From the NCBI GenBank assembly GCA_963741955.1, contig CAVUKB010000007.1, positions 1,152,001 through 1,216,000 of the forward strand: 64,000 bases of DNA, given 5' to 3'. The notes beneath the pieces are model-generated. The model ran no database searches. It was not told the DNA's origin and saw only the letters and a list, made by a program, of their open reading frames with translations. Origin of the DNA: an uncultured Acidobacteriota bacterium. Its GTDB lineage: Bacteria > Acidobacteriota > Thermoanaerobaculia > Gp7-AA8. Positions 44,601 to 53,807 of this stretch are shown piece by piece (the first letter of the stretch is position 1; every line of letters begins with the position of its first letter). The position numbers and the translations under genes were made by a program.

Positions 44601-45040
44601 ACCGAAGGGAGAGCGGCGTCTTCCGGACGTGCGTGCTGGAACCCGACCACGCGGCCGCCGGGTGAGACCCGCACGATCATCTCCTCTTTCTGCAGCGGAC
44701 GAAACCAGCGGTCGGTCCAGTACCAGACGCTGACCGGCCCCTTCATCAACTGATTCGCACGACGGAGACCGAGCTCGCGCTCCAGGAAGATCTTCGAGAG
44801 ATCATCCGATTCGAACTGCGACGCCGTCTTCCACGGAACCTTCCCGCTCCGGGCCAGCCCCAGATCGTGGAGAAGCTTCTGCGCGATCGTCATCGACTCT
44901 CCCCGGCCGACCTTGAACTCGATCGAAGCCTCGGGGAATGCATCCGCGAAGTAACGGATGCCGAACCAGCCGGCGAGGAGAAGAAGTGCGAGGGTGATGG
45001 CGAGAAAGCGGAAGTCGGTGCGGTCGAGCCTGTCGCGCAT
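41603..45040 (-). CDS. Large membrane protein with CPBP (Abi/CAAX) intramembrane glutamic protease domain
   Basis: EEFISR, WGFGH, HYTVD motifs; two similar extracytoplasmic regions each followed by TM bundles. Confidence 0.8.
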   Translation of the reverse strand: MRDRLDRTDFRFLAITLALLLLAGWFGIRYFADAFPEASIEFKVGRGESMTIAQKLLHDLGLARSGKVPWKTASQFESDDLSKIFLERELGLRRANQLMKGPVSVWYWTDRWFRPLQKEEMIVRVSPGGRVVGFQHARPEDAALPSVTEAAARAMGERFLDRVGVAREGIDLVSISRRDLPHRTQWILTWHSRSLHPASAPYRYRVTVDGNTIGAYGEGLKVPDAWERDYRNLRSKNNAAGMIDTIFLALTFIAALVVFIVRLRRGDVAIRFVIAVGITCAVLVTAVGLNSFPSALAGYDTTSSYPAFVAGHVFSSALQGVFMAFLLMVIVGAGEPLYRERFPLKLAIPRLFRPKALRSKRVFKGFVLGYALVAIFLAYQVAFYMIADRLGAWSPADIPYDEILNTAFPWVAVLFIGFFPALSEEFISRAFSIPFFEKVFRSRLFAIVLAGFIWGFGHATYPNQPFYIRGLEVGIAGVFMGLILFRFGLLPLLVWHYTVDALYTALVLFRSGNLYYILSAAAAALIFLFPLLVSIVLYFVKGGFEPDEELDNRAIGTAPAPPPPPEPETPPLPAPRRPQRLHLAIIAIAIAAIAGIVLLSGPTLDSVADYRIDPARAEQIARRHLAEIGVRVVPQKVLVVPVPGFRSWDEDSSREDGGSPDGYFQVAAEYITRESKRGLDALIGIEIQDVQGATWVVRFFTPQEKNEIFVEIDPRTSKVVGYHRYQSETNPGPSLARAQAERTASSVLQRYGVDPAQVEVKEALQYPQPKRKDWLFHFQSRQPLAAQAWERATVRVAGREVTQFAKTVKIPEAEVRKAEETRLVNIALIALKIAAALLLLTLVVSGFVYGFRSGRFVWRRATRITAMLIVVPVVAIFLDLPAFVQSYDTSMAWNTFLVMIVAGGVGTVAAQLGMLFLSIAIIETGYPASRRLIDVRQRRPLVARAVAAVAAAISIFALASAVASFLPRWFGHLGFAPDPISPSPLLVATAPAFGALWSALLITVGGSAVVVCLVTLFRSVPQKYHSAVRIILFGSVAILMMPSSLHGEVWAILVALAGAAILLLVGFVILGGDPLAWPLAIFSWSILASAFGLFANHNSALRWNAAALLAVLAIVVLWLFRRGKENAIAGEGEKVELQDQVPRES

Positions 45041-45084
45041 GGTGGAATTGTAGGTGGATTTCGAAATGTCCGGCGGCCTCCCCC

Positions 45085-45135
45085 TTGACAAGTTCCGCCG
45101 CCCCCCGCATTCTTGCCTGAATGAACACTCATTCA
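45085..45135 (+). promoter_or_regulatory. Sigma70 promoter plus FadR(YsiA)-type operator
   Basis: TTGACA (45085)-17 nt-CATTCT (45108); palindrome TGAATGA-acac-TCATTCA (45118-45135) matches the Bacillus FadR box. Confidence 0.8.
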
Positions 45136-45146
45136 GCGGGGCGCCG

Positions 45147-45752
45147 ATGACTTCCATCCCTCATCCGGGTGAGGCCGGCACGGTGACTGGAAAGCGCGAG
45201 CGGATCCTGCGGGCGGCGATCGACGTCTTTGCACGGAGCGGCTACGCGAGCGCGAAAGTCGCAAACATCGCCAAGACGGCGGGAGTCGCCGACGGAACGA
45301 TCTACCTCTATTTCCAGGGTAAGGAAGATCTGCTGATCACGATCTTCCGCGAGCAGTCGCGCGGATTCCTCGAAACGCTCAGCCACGAGCTGCAGGGAGT
45401 CGAGGACCCGCGGGAGCAGCTCCGAATCGCGATCCGCGTCCATCTCGAATCGTTCGCGCGCGATCGCGCCCTGGCCATCGTCTTTCAGGTGGAGCTGCGG
45501 CACAGCCGGAAGTTCGTCTCCCAGCTCTCGCACGAGGAGGTGGCCGAGTACATTTCCGTGATTCGGCGGATTCTGGAGGACGGCCAGAAAAGAGGAGCGT
45601 TCCGTAAGGATTGGCATCCGCAAGTCGTCGCGAAGTGTGTTTTCGGAATGCTCGACGAGATGGTCACCTCGTGGATCCTTTCGGAGAAAGGCTTCGAGCT
45701 CCTCGAGCAGGTGGAGCCGCTCACCTCGTTCGCTCTGCGAGGGATCGAGTAG
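45147..45752 (+). CDS. fadR: TetR family fatty-acid degradation regulator (FadR/YsiA-like)
   Basis: ILRAAIDVFARSGY, IAKTAGVADGTIYLYFQGKEDLL, VFQVELR; operator upstream; leads a beta-oxidation operon. Confidence 0.85.
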   Translation: MTSIPHPGEAGTVTGKRERILRAAIDVFARSGYASAKVANIAKTAGVADGTIYLYFQGKEDLLITIFREQSRGFLETLSHELQGVEDPREQLRIAIRVHLESFARDRALAIVFQVELRHSRKFVSQLSHEEVAEYISVIRRILEDGQKRGAFRKDWHPQVVAKCVFGMLDEMVTSWILSEKGFELLEQVEPLTSFALRGIE

Positions 45753-45910
45753 TGGCCCCGACTCGGAGCGGGCGGCACCGTCCGTGAATTGGAATATGAT
45801 CGGCCCTGAATCTCCGTGGACCTCCGCCGCTGCTCCCGACGGGAGCGGCCAGATCCAATCGTGCCGGTCGCGGCTCACCCGAGCCGTGAACGCGGAGACG
45901 AGGTGAGGCG

Positions 45911-47734
45911 ATGCCAGTCGAGACCCTGAACGACATCTATCTCCAGACCTGCAGGATGGAACGCCCCGCGATCATGAAGTTCAAGCGGGGGGAGAAGTGG
46001 ATCGACATCCGCGTGGCCGATTTCGAACGGCGGGTGCGGCATTTCTCAACCGGGCTGCGTGGCCGGGGAGTGAAGCCGGGCGATCGCGTCGCGATTCTCT
46101 CGGAGAACCGTCCCGAATGGGCCATCGCCGATTTCGCGATCCTCGCTCTCGGCGCGGTGACGGTTCCGATCTACTCGACGCTGCTCGGGTGGCAGATCGA
46201 GTTTCTCCTCAATGACTCCGGCTGCGTTGCAGTGGTCGCATCGACCGCGGAGCAGGTGAAGAAGATCCTCGAGATCTGCGCGCACTGTCCGTCGATCCGG
46301 ACCATCATCACGTGCGACGAAGAGCTGGTCGAGCCGGAAAGGATCGTCTCGTTCGATTCGGTGATCGAAGATGGACGGACGATCGAGGAGGAAGAGGGCC
46401 GGACCCGATTCGACGAGCTCCTCGCGAAGGTGAGATCCCAGGACCTCGCAACTCTGGTCTACACCTCCGGCACCACCGGAAACCCGAAAGGGGCGATGCT
46501 CACCCACGGAAACATCACCTCGAACGTGTTGACCACCACCGGGATCGTGGAGTTCCGGACCGGCGACGTGGCGCTCTCGATTCTTCCGCTCTCGCACATT
46601 CTCGAGCGCATGGTGGATTTCGGGTTCTATTACCGCGGTGGTTGCGTAGCGTACGCGGAGAACGTCGCCAACGTCGCAGACAACCTTCAGGAAATCCGGC
46701 CCGACACGTTCGCTGCCGTCCCCCGGTTGTTCGAGAAGATGCAGGCGAAGATCCTGGACGTGGTCGCCGACTCTCCCGCTCCGCGGCAGAAGATCTTCAA
46801 ATGGGCGATCGGAGTCGCCGCGGAACGCCTGCCTTACGTGGTCGAGAGAAAGCCGATGCCGGCGTCGATCTCGTTCAAGTCGATGGTGGCGGACCGCCTG
46901 GTCTTCTCGAAGATCAAAGAGAAACTCGGAGGACACATCCGCTTCATCATTTCCGGCGGAGCACCTCTTTCCGCCGAGCTCGCGGCGTTCTTCATCGGAG
47001 CAGGAGTCGACGTTCTGGAAGGCTACGGTCTCACCGAGACTTCGCCGGTCATTGCGGTGAACACGTTCGAGGCGCGAAAGATCGGAACGGTGGGACGGCC
47101 GATTCCCGGAGTGGAAGTGAAGATCGCCGCGGACGGCGAGATCCTCACCCGCGGTCCACACGTGATGGTGGGGTACTGGAACAATCCGGAAGCGACGGAG
47201 AAGGCCATCGATCCCGACGGCTGGTTTCATACCGGCGACATCGGCGAGCTCGACGAAGAGGGGTACCTCAAGATCACCGATCGCAAGAAGGACCTGATCA
47301 TCACCGCCTACGGAAAGAACATTGCTCCGCAGCCGCTGGAAAATCTCCTGAAGAGCTCTCCCTACGTATCCACTCCCGTCCTGATCGGAGACCGGAGGAA
47401 GTACCTCACGGCTCTGATCGTCCCGAATTTCGAAAAGCTCGAGCGCGACGCGAAGGCGCTGGGGTTGAAGTTCGCTTCCCACGAGGAGCTGGTGAGCCAC
47501 CCGAAGATCCAGGAGATCGTGCAGAAAGAGATCGACCGTTTCAACCAGAGCCTCGACCGGCAGGAGACGATCCGGAAGTTCACCATTCTTCCGGAAGACT
47601 TCTCCATCGAGAGCGGGGAGATCACGCCGTCACTCAAGGTCAAGAGAAAAGTCGTCGACGAGAAGTACAAGCAGCTCATCGACGCGATGTATGCGGACCA
47701 GTCCTCGGAGAAGGACGTCCAGAAAGCCGGGTGA
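45911..47734 (+). CDS. fadD: Long-chain fatty acid-CoA ligase
   Basis: YTSGTTGNPKG, LPLSHILER, VPRLFEK, EGYGLTE, WFHTGDIG, ITDRKKDLI. Confidence 0.92.
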   Translation: MPVETLNDIYLQTCRMERPAIMKFKRGEKWIDIRVADFERRVRHFSTGLRGRGVKPGDRVAILSENRPEWAIADFAILALGAVTVPIYSTLLGWQIEFLLNDSGCVAVVASTAEQVKKILEICAHCPSIRTIITCDEELVEPERIVSFDSVIEDGRTIEEEEGRTRFDELLAKVRSQDLATLVYTSGTTGNPKGAMLTHGNITSNVLTTTGIVEFRTGDVALSILPLSHILERMVDFGFYYRGGCVAYAENVANVADNLQEIRPDTFAAVPRLFEKMQAKILDVVADSPAPRQKIFKWAIGVAAERLPYVVERKPMPASISFKSMVADRLVFSKIKEKLGGHIRFIISGGAPLSAELAAFFIGAGVDVLEGYGLTETSPVIAVNTFEARKIGTVGRPIPGVEVKIAADGEILTRGPHVMVGYWNNPEATEKAIDPDGWFHTGDIGELDEEGYLKITDRKKDLIITAYGKNIAPQPLENLLKSSPYVSTPVLIGDRRKYLTALIVPNFEKLERDAKALGLKFASHEELVSHPKIQEIVQKEIDRFNQSLDRQETIRKFTILPEDFSIESGEITPSLKVKRKVVDEKYKQLIDAMYADQSSEKDVQKAG

Positions 47735-47737
47735 GAA

Positions 47738-49897
47738 ATGACCATCACTGAAGCCGACACCACTGCTCAACCGCCGATGACCTCCGGTGGAGTCTTTCGA
47801 ATCGAGCGCGATGGAGACATGGCGCTTCTCTGGATCGACCTTCCGGGACAGAAGGTCAACACGCTCTCGTCGTCGGTGATGACGGAGCTCGACCATCTCC
47901 TCGACGAGATCGCCGGGATGCGCGAAGTGCGTCGCCTCCTGATCGTGTCGGGGAAGCCGGGCATTTTCATCGCGGGCGCCGACGTGACCGAGTTCACCAA
48001 AGTCGAATCGCGTCAACAGGCCGAGGAGTTCATCAGGTTCGGTCAGAACGTCTTCCGGAAGCTCTCCCGCCTCCCGCAGATCACCATTGCGGTGATCAAC
48101 GGCGTCTGCCTCGGCGGCGGTACCGAGCTCTCGCTCAACTGCGACTATCGCGTGATGTCCGATGACCCGAAGGCCTCCATCGGTCTTCCGGAAGTGAAAC
48201 TCGGAATCCTTCCGGCATGGAGCGGCACCACGATGATGCCCCGGCTGATCGGGCTTCCGGCCGCTCTCGATCTGATCCTGAACGGGAAGACCCTCGACGG
48301 ACGTCGCGCGAAGAAGGTCGGTCTGGTCGATGACGTCATCGCCGCTCCGATTCTCATCGAGGGAGCGAAGATCTTCGCATCGCGTCAGAAGAGCAAGAGG
48401 GCGCCGGGAGGGAGGACGCACTTCTACCTCGAAGGAAATCCGCTCGGACGCGGATTCGCGATCAAGAAAGCCCGCGGCGCGGTGCTCAAACAGACCGGAG
48501 GTCACTATCCGGCGCCGCTGAAGATCCTCGAAGTGATGGAGACGGGACTCGCGAAGGGAGTCGAGGCGGGTCTCGCAGCCGAAGCACGTGCCGCGGCGGA
48601 GTTGATCACCGGCGCGGTCGCGCCGAATCTGGTCCGCCTGTTTTTCCTGATGGAAGACGCGAAGAAGCTCCCCGGCCCGAAGCCGAAAGAGGTCCACAGT
48701 GCCGGCGTTCTCGGTGCGGGACTGATGGGTGGCGGAATCGCGCAGATCGTCGCGGACAAGGCCGACATTCCGGTCCGGATGAAGGACATCAACTGGGATG
48801 CTCTCGCCGGCGGGATGAAGGCCGCTGCGAAGATCTGGAAGAAGAAGGTCGACCGCCGGAGGATGACCCGCAACGCCATGTCACGGAAGTTGGCGATGAT
48901 CACCTCCACCACCGACTGGAGCGGGTTCGGGGACGTCGACGTCGCGATCGAAGCGGTGGTCGAGAACGTCGGCATCAAGCAGAGCGTCCTTCGCGAGTTC
49001 GAGACCGTGGCGAAAGAAGGAGCGATCTTTGCCACCAACACCTCGACCATTCCGATCACCACCATCGCATCTGCGTCACTGCATCCGGAGAACGTGATCG
49101 GGATGCACTTTTTCAGTCCGGTCGACCGGATGCCGCTGGTCGAGATCATCCTCGGAGAGAAGACTTCCGAGGAGACCATGGCGACCGTTGCGGCTCTCGG
49201 AAAACGGATCGGGAAGACGGTCGTGATCTGCAAGGATGGCCCCGGTTTCATCGTGAACCGGATTCTCGGGCCGTACATCAACGAGGCGGGACTGCTCCTC
49301 GAAGAGTCGCACGCGATCGAGTCGATCGACCACGCCATGGTGAAGTTCGGGATGCCTCTCGGCCCGCTCGCCCTCCTCGACGAAGTGGGAATCGACGTCG
49401 CCGGGAAAGCCGCGCACGTCATGGCGGACGCGTTCGGTGATCGGATGAAGCCTTCGGAACTGATCGAAAAACTGCTCGAGGACAAGCGCTACGGAAAGAA
49501 GAACGGCCGTGGCGTCTATCTCTGGACCGAAGGGAAGCGCACCGCGCCGGATCCCACGGTCTACAGGCTGGCCGGTGTGGCGAACGCGCACGAAGGTGAC
49601 GAGGCGTTGATGACCGAGCGGATGGTGATGGTGATGGTCAACGAGGCCGCCCGGATTCTCGATGATGGCATCGCGTTCTCCGCTGCGGACGTCGATCTGG
49701 CGATGATCATGGGGACCGGATTCCCGCCGTTCCGAGGAGGACTGCTCCGTTATGCGGACTCCATTGGAATCTCGAAGCTCATCGAGAAGATGAAAGGACT
49801 GGCGGCGACATATGGACCCCGCTTCCAGCCGGCGGCACCTCTCGAGCGGATGGGGGCAGAAGGAAAGACCTTCTACGACGCCTGGCCGAAACGCTGA
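47738..49897 (+). CDS. fadJ: Multifunctional enoyl-CoA hydratase / 3-hydroxyacyl-CoA dehydrogenase
   Basis: FIAGADV, CLGGGTE, GLPEVKLG, GAGLMGGGIA, ATNTSTIPI, GMHFFSPV, GFPPFRGG. Confidence 0.92.
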   Translation: MTITEADTTAQPPMTSGGVFRIERDGDMALLWIDLPGQKVNTLSSSVMTELDHLLDEIAGMREVRRLLIVSGKPGIFIAGADVTEFTKVESRQQAEEFIRFGQNVFRKLSRLPQITIAVINGVCLGGGTELSLNCDYRVMSDDPKASIGLPEVKLGILPAWSGTTMMPRLIGLPAALDLILNGKTLDGRRAKKVGLVDDVIAAPILIEGAKIFASRQKSKRAPGGRTHFYLEGNPLGRGFAIKKARGAVLKQTGGHYPAPLKILEVMETGLAKGVEAGLAAEARAAAELITGAVAPNLVRLFFLMEDAKKLPGPKPKEVHSAGVLGAGLMGGGIAQIVADKADIPVRMKDINWDALAGGMKAAAKIWKKKVDRRRMTRNAMSRKLAMITSTTDWSGFGDVDVAIEAVVENVGIKQSVLREFETVAKEGAIFATNTSTIPITTIASASLHPENVIGMHFFSPVDRMPLVEIILGEKTSEETMATVAALGKRIGKTVVICKDGPGFIVNRILGPYINEAGLLLEESHAIESIDHAMVKFGMPLGPLALLDEVGIDVAGKAAHVMADAFGDRMKPSELIEKLLEDKRYGKKNGRGVYLWTEGKRTAPDPTVYRLAGVANAHEGDEALMTERMVMVMVNEAARILDDGIAFSAADVDLAMIMGTGFPPFRGGLLRYADSIGISKLIEKMKGLAATYGPRFQPAAPLERMGAEGKTFYDAWPKR

Positions 49898-50169
49898 TCG
49901 ATGCTTTCTGTTCCGGCGGCGCGTGGAGTGGGGCGACGCTCTCTTCGGGAGCGCAGAGCCCCCCACGTGCCGGCGATCAGCCACCCCCCGAAGAGCGCGA
50001 TCACCATCAGCATCAGCTGAAGCGCGACATCGCTCCACCGCATCGCTCCTCTGACACTGAGAACGTAGTAGACGAGGAGAGCGGGTGCGGCGAAGACGAA
50101 CAGAAGTCCGAACGCACCCAGTATGGCGTTTCCTGCGCGTGATTCCACGAGCACGATACGGTTCTTCAT
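49873..50169 (-). CDS. Small hypothetical membrane protein (2 TM)
   Basis: Two hydrophobic helices; GGAGG RBS upstream. Confidence 0.55.
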   Translation of the reverse strand: MKNRIVLVESRAGNAILGAFGLLFVFAAPALLVYYVLSVRGAMRWSDVALQLMLMVIALFGGWLIAGTWGALRSRRERRPTPRAAGTESIDQRFGQAS

Positions 50170-50515
50170 GGGACCTCCTCTCTGGCGTGAGCGCCGATAA
50201 GTGCAATATAGGGTCCACCGGCTTCGTCATCTCTGATACGCCATTCTTCGATGGACCGCGACCCGACCACGACCCCACCGAAGAGAAGTCCGACTTGCCC
50301 CCGTCTTTCTGTGCCGCGTTTGTTCGGACTTTTCACAAGCGAGGCCGGATCTCTCTCACACTGCTTCACTGTGCAGGGTCGGATCTCCACTTTACGCCTC
50401 TCGTAACCGTTCTTCTACAAAGAGCCGTTGAATACTTCATCGGCCTGAACGAGATTGAATACACAGGCCTGAATTCGAGCTCGACCGCGACGCGTCCGGC
50501 ACAAGGAGAGAATCC

Positions 50516-51247
50516 ATGTTCGAGACTACCGTGGTCCCATCGGATCGGCCCGAGTTGCGCCCCCGCCGCATCCTGTTGATGCCCGTTTCCATCGGCGCGC
50601 ACGTCCTGGTGATCACCTTCGCGGTGGTTGCATCGATCTGGACGGTCGGCTTCCCACAGGACGCTCCTGCTCAGGTCCGCGTGTTCACTCCGTTCGTCGC
50701 TCCGCGGGTTCCGCCTGCACCGAGGCCTCGTGCCGTCGCGACTCCGTCGCGAGTTGCTCATCCGCCGGCGCGTCACGTCGACATCTCCACTCCGGAGTCG
50801 GTTCCCGACACCATTCCGCAGCTTCAGCCGCCGGCCGGTGGCGCCGAGAATGCGGACAGTGTCGATTCCGGTGAGGAGAGCCCGTTCGAGTCCTTGATCG
50901 GGACGGGACCGGATGGCCCTCCCGCCGAGAATCTCCTGCCGCCGGACGATTCTGTCCCCCGTCCGGTCGGTGCAGGTGTGAAGGCCCCGGTGCGGATCGC
51001 GGGCGAGCCGCCGCTCTATCCGCACATCGCACGGGTTGCCGGAATCAGCGGAGCAGTGGTTCTGCGTTGCGTGATCGACGAGAGGGGTCATGTCAACAGT
51101 ATCGAAGTCGTGAGTACGCCGAGCCCGATGCTCTCTTCGGCTGCCGTCGATGCGGTTCGCGGCTGGAGGTTCCGCCCGGGAGTGTTTCGAGGACATGCCG
51201 TCGCGACGATCTTCGAGCTGACGGTGAACTTCCGGCTGGAGCGATAG
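50516..51247 (+). CDS. TonB family energy transducer
   Basis: N-terminal TM with SxxxH, Pro-rich linker, YP..AR.AGISG.VVL..VIDERG, AV..WRF.P; AAGGAG RBS. Confidence 0.88.
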   Translation: MFETTVVPSDRPELRPRRILLMPVSIGAHVLVITFAVVASIWTVGFPQDAPAQVRVFTPFVAPRVPPAPRPRAVATPSRVAHPPARHVDISTPESVPDTIPQLQPPAGGAENADSVDSGEESPFESLIGTGPDGPPAENLLPPDDSVPRPVGAGVKAPVRIAGEPPLYPHIARVAGISGAVVLRCVIDERGHVNSIEVVSTPSPMLSSAAVDAVRGWRFRPGVFRGHAVATIFELTVNFRLER

Positions 51248-51301
51248 CCGGCGGGGACCACGGCGCGGGTGGAGGCGCGCCGGCGCCGTGGTCTGGTCCG
51301 G

Positions 51302-53182
51302 TCAGGAAGCGACTGGAGGAACCGGCGGCGGATCGATTCGAAGTCCCGCTCTGACGTCCGGCTCGCTGCTGCCGAACGTCACCCGGTCACGGCCCTCCCG
51401 CTTGGAGCGGTAGAGCGCGTCGTCACAGACCCGAAGAACCATGCGAATCTGTTCCCCGTGCTGGGGATAGATTCCGACTCCGATGGAGGCGGTGACGCGG
51501 ATGGAACTTTCCTCGGTAACCCGGAAGTCGCGAGCGTGCAACTCTGCCCGGAGACGCTCGGAAAACGTGAGCGCCCCTTCCGATCCGGTATTCGGCATCA
51601 CCACCATGAACTCCTCGCCGCCATAACGGACGGCGAGATCACTCCCGCGAATGGTGGAGCGGAGAACTTCACCGAACTGCGCCAGCACCTGGTCTCCTGC
51701 CTGGTGCCCCCAGGCATCGTTGATCGACTTGAAATGATCGAGATCGATCGAGACGAACGCGATGGAGGTTTCCTGGCGTCGGGCCATTGCGATCTGAATG
51801 CGAAGGTATTCGTCCAGGAACCGCCGGTTGTAGAGACCGGTCAGATCGTCGGTGATCGCGAGCTGTTTGAGCTCCATCTCCCGCTCCTGTGCGAGCTGCA
51901 CCATCTGGAGGTTCTCGATCCCGACGCCGATCAGTCCGGCAGCGGAGGAGAGAATCCGTGCCTGAGCAGGGGTCGGGGTCGCGCGGGTGAGGGAGAACGC
52001 GGCGAGCGTTCCGACCGTCCGGCTTCTGCCGACCAGGGGGAGCTTCGCGATCAGATGGACGTGCGCGGCTGCCGGACTCTCGTGCTCTTCCGAATCGGCG
52101 TAGCTCCCGCTCAGGGCGGTTCCGGGCATCAGGGTGCGCGACTCCTGATCGACCCTCCGGACCAGCTCTACCGGAAGGCCCGCTGCGGCTCCGAGACGCA
52201 CCACATCATCGGACTCCACGATGTGAATGGTCGCCGCATCGACGATGTCGTGGTCGACGAAGAGCCGGACCGCCACGTGAAGCATCTCGTCGAGATCCAT
52301 GCTGGGTGCGGCGACCGCGACCGCGATTCCGTTCATCAGCGCGAGCTGCCGTTCGCGTGTGCGTTTCCAGCGTCGCAGGACGATCCATGCCGCGATCGCC
52401 GCAACGAGGAGGAGAACCACGGCGATCGTCCCGATCGTCGCTTCCCGCACCCATGGCGGTGGCGGGGTGGACAGAATCCGCAGCTCGGTCGGAGAGCGCA
52501 TGATCAGCTGGAACCCGTCCGTGTAAGGGCGATTCATGGCCCGGATGCTCAGGACACCGGTCGCATCGATCTCACTTCCGGGCTGCAGCCGTCTCAGGTC
52601 GAGCTGCCGTCCGATCTTCGGCGGCAGATAAATCTCGAGCGACTTTCCCCGGTCGGCGATGGTGATCGTCGCAGGGTCTTCCGCCTGGACCGCGGTGATG
52701 GTGCCGCGAACCACGAGGAGTCGCCCGTAGTACTGCCAGTCGAGAGCCTCGCGGAGGCCGACGCGCAGCGGTCGCGGTTGAGGGATCTGACCCAGCGTGC
52801 GGATGAATGGACGGTTGATCTGCACCGCTCCGCGGTACTGATCGACGGTTCCGGTCACGTCGAGGAGATCTCCGCGTTTGACTGTTCCACCGAATCGCGG
52901 GCTGAAGATGTAGATGCCGCCCGAGCCGTCCTGGATGAACGCCTGAAAGTACGCATCCGACATCACGCCGCTGGGCAGCGTCACCACTCCCTGCACGTGC
53001 ACGCGTTGCCCGAGGCGGTCGGGCACCGTGTCGTGATTCGCATCGCGAAGAACGGCGGAGATCGGCTCGAGCGGTTCGGTGTCGGCCGTCGCGGCTGCGA
53101 AGCCGCTGGGCGCGACGACGAGCCCCAGGCCGAGAGAGACGAGAGCGCCGGCCCGAAGAAGCAGATCAGTCGAGAATCGCAT
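51302..53182 (-). CDS. Membrane diguanylate cyclase (extracytoplasmic OB-fold-like domains, TM, GAF, GGDEF)
   Basis: TDDLTGLYNRR, DLDHFKSIND..GH..GD, RGSD I-site, RYGGEEF. Confidence 0.9.
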   Translation of the reverse strand: MRFSTDLLLRAGALVSLGLGLVVAPSGFAAATADTEPLEPISAVLRDANHDTVPDRLGQRVHVQGVVTLPSGVMSDAYFQAFIQDGSGGIYIFSPRFGGTVKRGDLLDVTGTVDQYRGAVQINRPFIRTLGQIPQPRPLRVGLREALDWQYYGRLLVVRGTITAVQAEDPATITIADRGKSLEIYLPPKIGRQLDLRRLQPGSEIDATGVLSIRAMNRPYTDGFQLIMRSPTELRILSTPPPPWVREATIGTIAVVLLLVAAIAAWIVLRRWKRTRERQLALMNGIAVAVAAPSMDLDEMLHVAVRLFVDHDIVDAATIHIVESDDVVRLGAAAGLPVELVRRVDQESRTLMPGTALSGSYADSEEHESPAAAHVHLIAKLPLVGRSRTVGTLAAFSLTRATPTPAQARILSSAAGLIGVGIENLQMVQLAQEREMELKQLAITDDLTGLYNRRFLDEYLRIQIAMARRQETSIAFVSIDLDHFKSINDAWGHQAGDQVLAQFGEVLRSTIRGSDLAVRYGGEEFMVVMPNTGSEGALTFSERLRAELHARDFRVTEESSIRVTASIGVGIYPQHGEQIRMVLRVCDDALYRSKREGRDRVTFGSSEPDVRAGLRIDPPPVPPVAS

Positions 53183-53270
53183 CCGGTTGGTCGTTCGATC
53201 GTAACGTGGAGCAGCCGAGTATGTATGCGATTATACGCCCGCAGGATCGGACCACGTTGGAGGAGGAGAG

Positions 53271-53807
53271 ATGACACGATCGCCCCTGCGACCGCAGCCC
53301 TCGGAATACGCCGAATTCTACCGCGGGTACGTCGACCTGGTTCCCGAAGTAGACATCCTCGAGGCGCTCGAACAGCAGCGCCTCGAGCTTCTCTCGGCGT
53401 TCGGCTCCGTCGGGGCCGATCGTGAAAAGTTCCGCTACGCGCCGGGAAAATGGAGCATCCGGGAAGTCGCCGGACACCTCATCGACAGCGAACGGGTCTT
53501 CGCGTATCGCGCACTCTCGTTCGCCCGCGAAGAAGGGGTCGAGCTTCCCGGATTCGACGAGAATCAATGGTCGGCATCAGCGGGCGCGGATGCCATCCCG
53601 CTCGCGGAGCTCTCTTCCCATTTCGATGCCCTGCGTCGCGCGAACCTTGCCATGTTCCGCGCCTTCCCCTCCGGTGCGTGGGAGAGGAGCGGCGTTGCGA
53701 ACCAGGTTCCGATCACCGTTCGTGCGCTCGCGTGGATCATGGCCGGTCATGCCAGACACCACCTTCGGGTCCTCGAAGAGCGGTACGGCGTCCGTCGCGA
53801 CGGCTGA
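53271..53807 (+). CDS. DinB family protein
   Basis: YAPGKWSIREVAGHLID.ER, LPGFDE, AGHARHH. Confidence 0.88.
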   Translation: MTRSPLRPQPSEYAEFYRGYVDLVPEVDILEALEQQRLELLSAFGSVGADREKFRYAPGKWSIREVAGHLIDSERVFAYRALSFAREEGVELPGFDENQWSASAGADAIPLAELSSHFDALRRANLAMFRAFPSGAWERSGVANQVPITVRALAWIMAGHARHHLRVLEERYGVRRDG

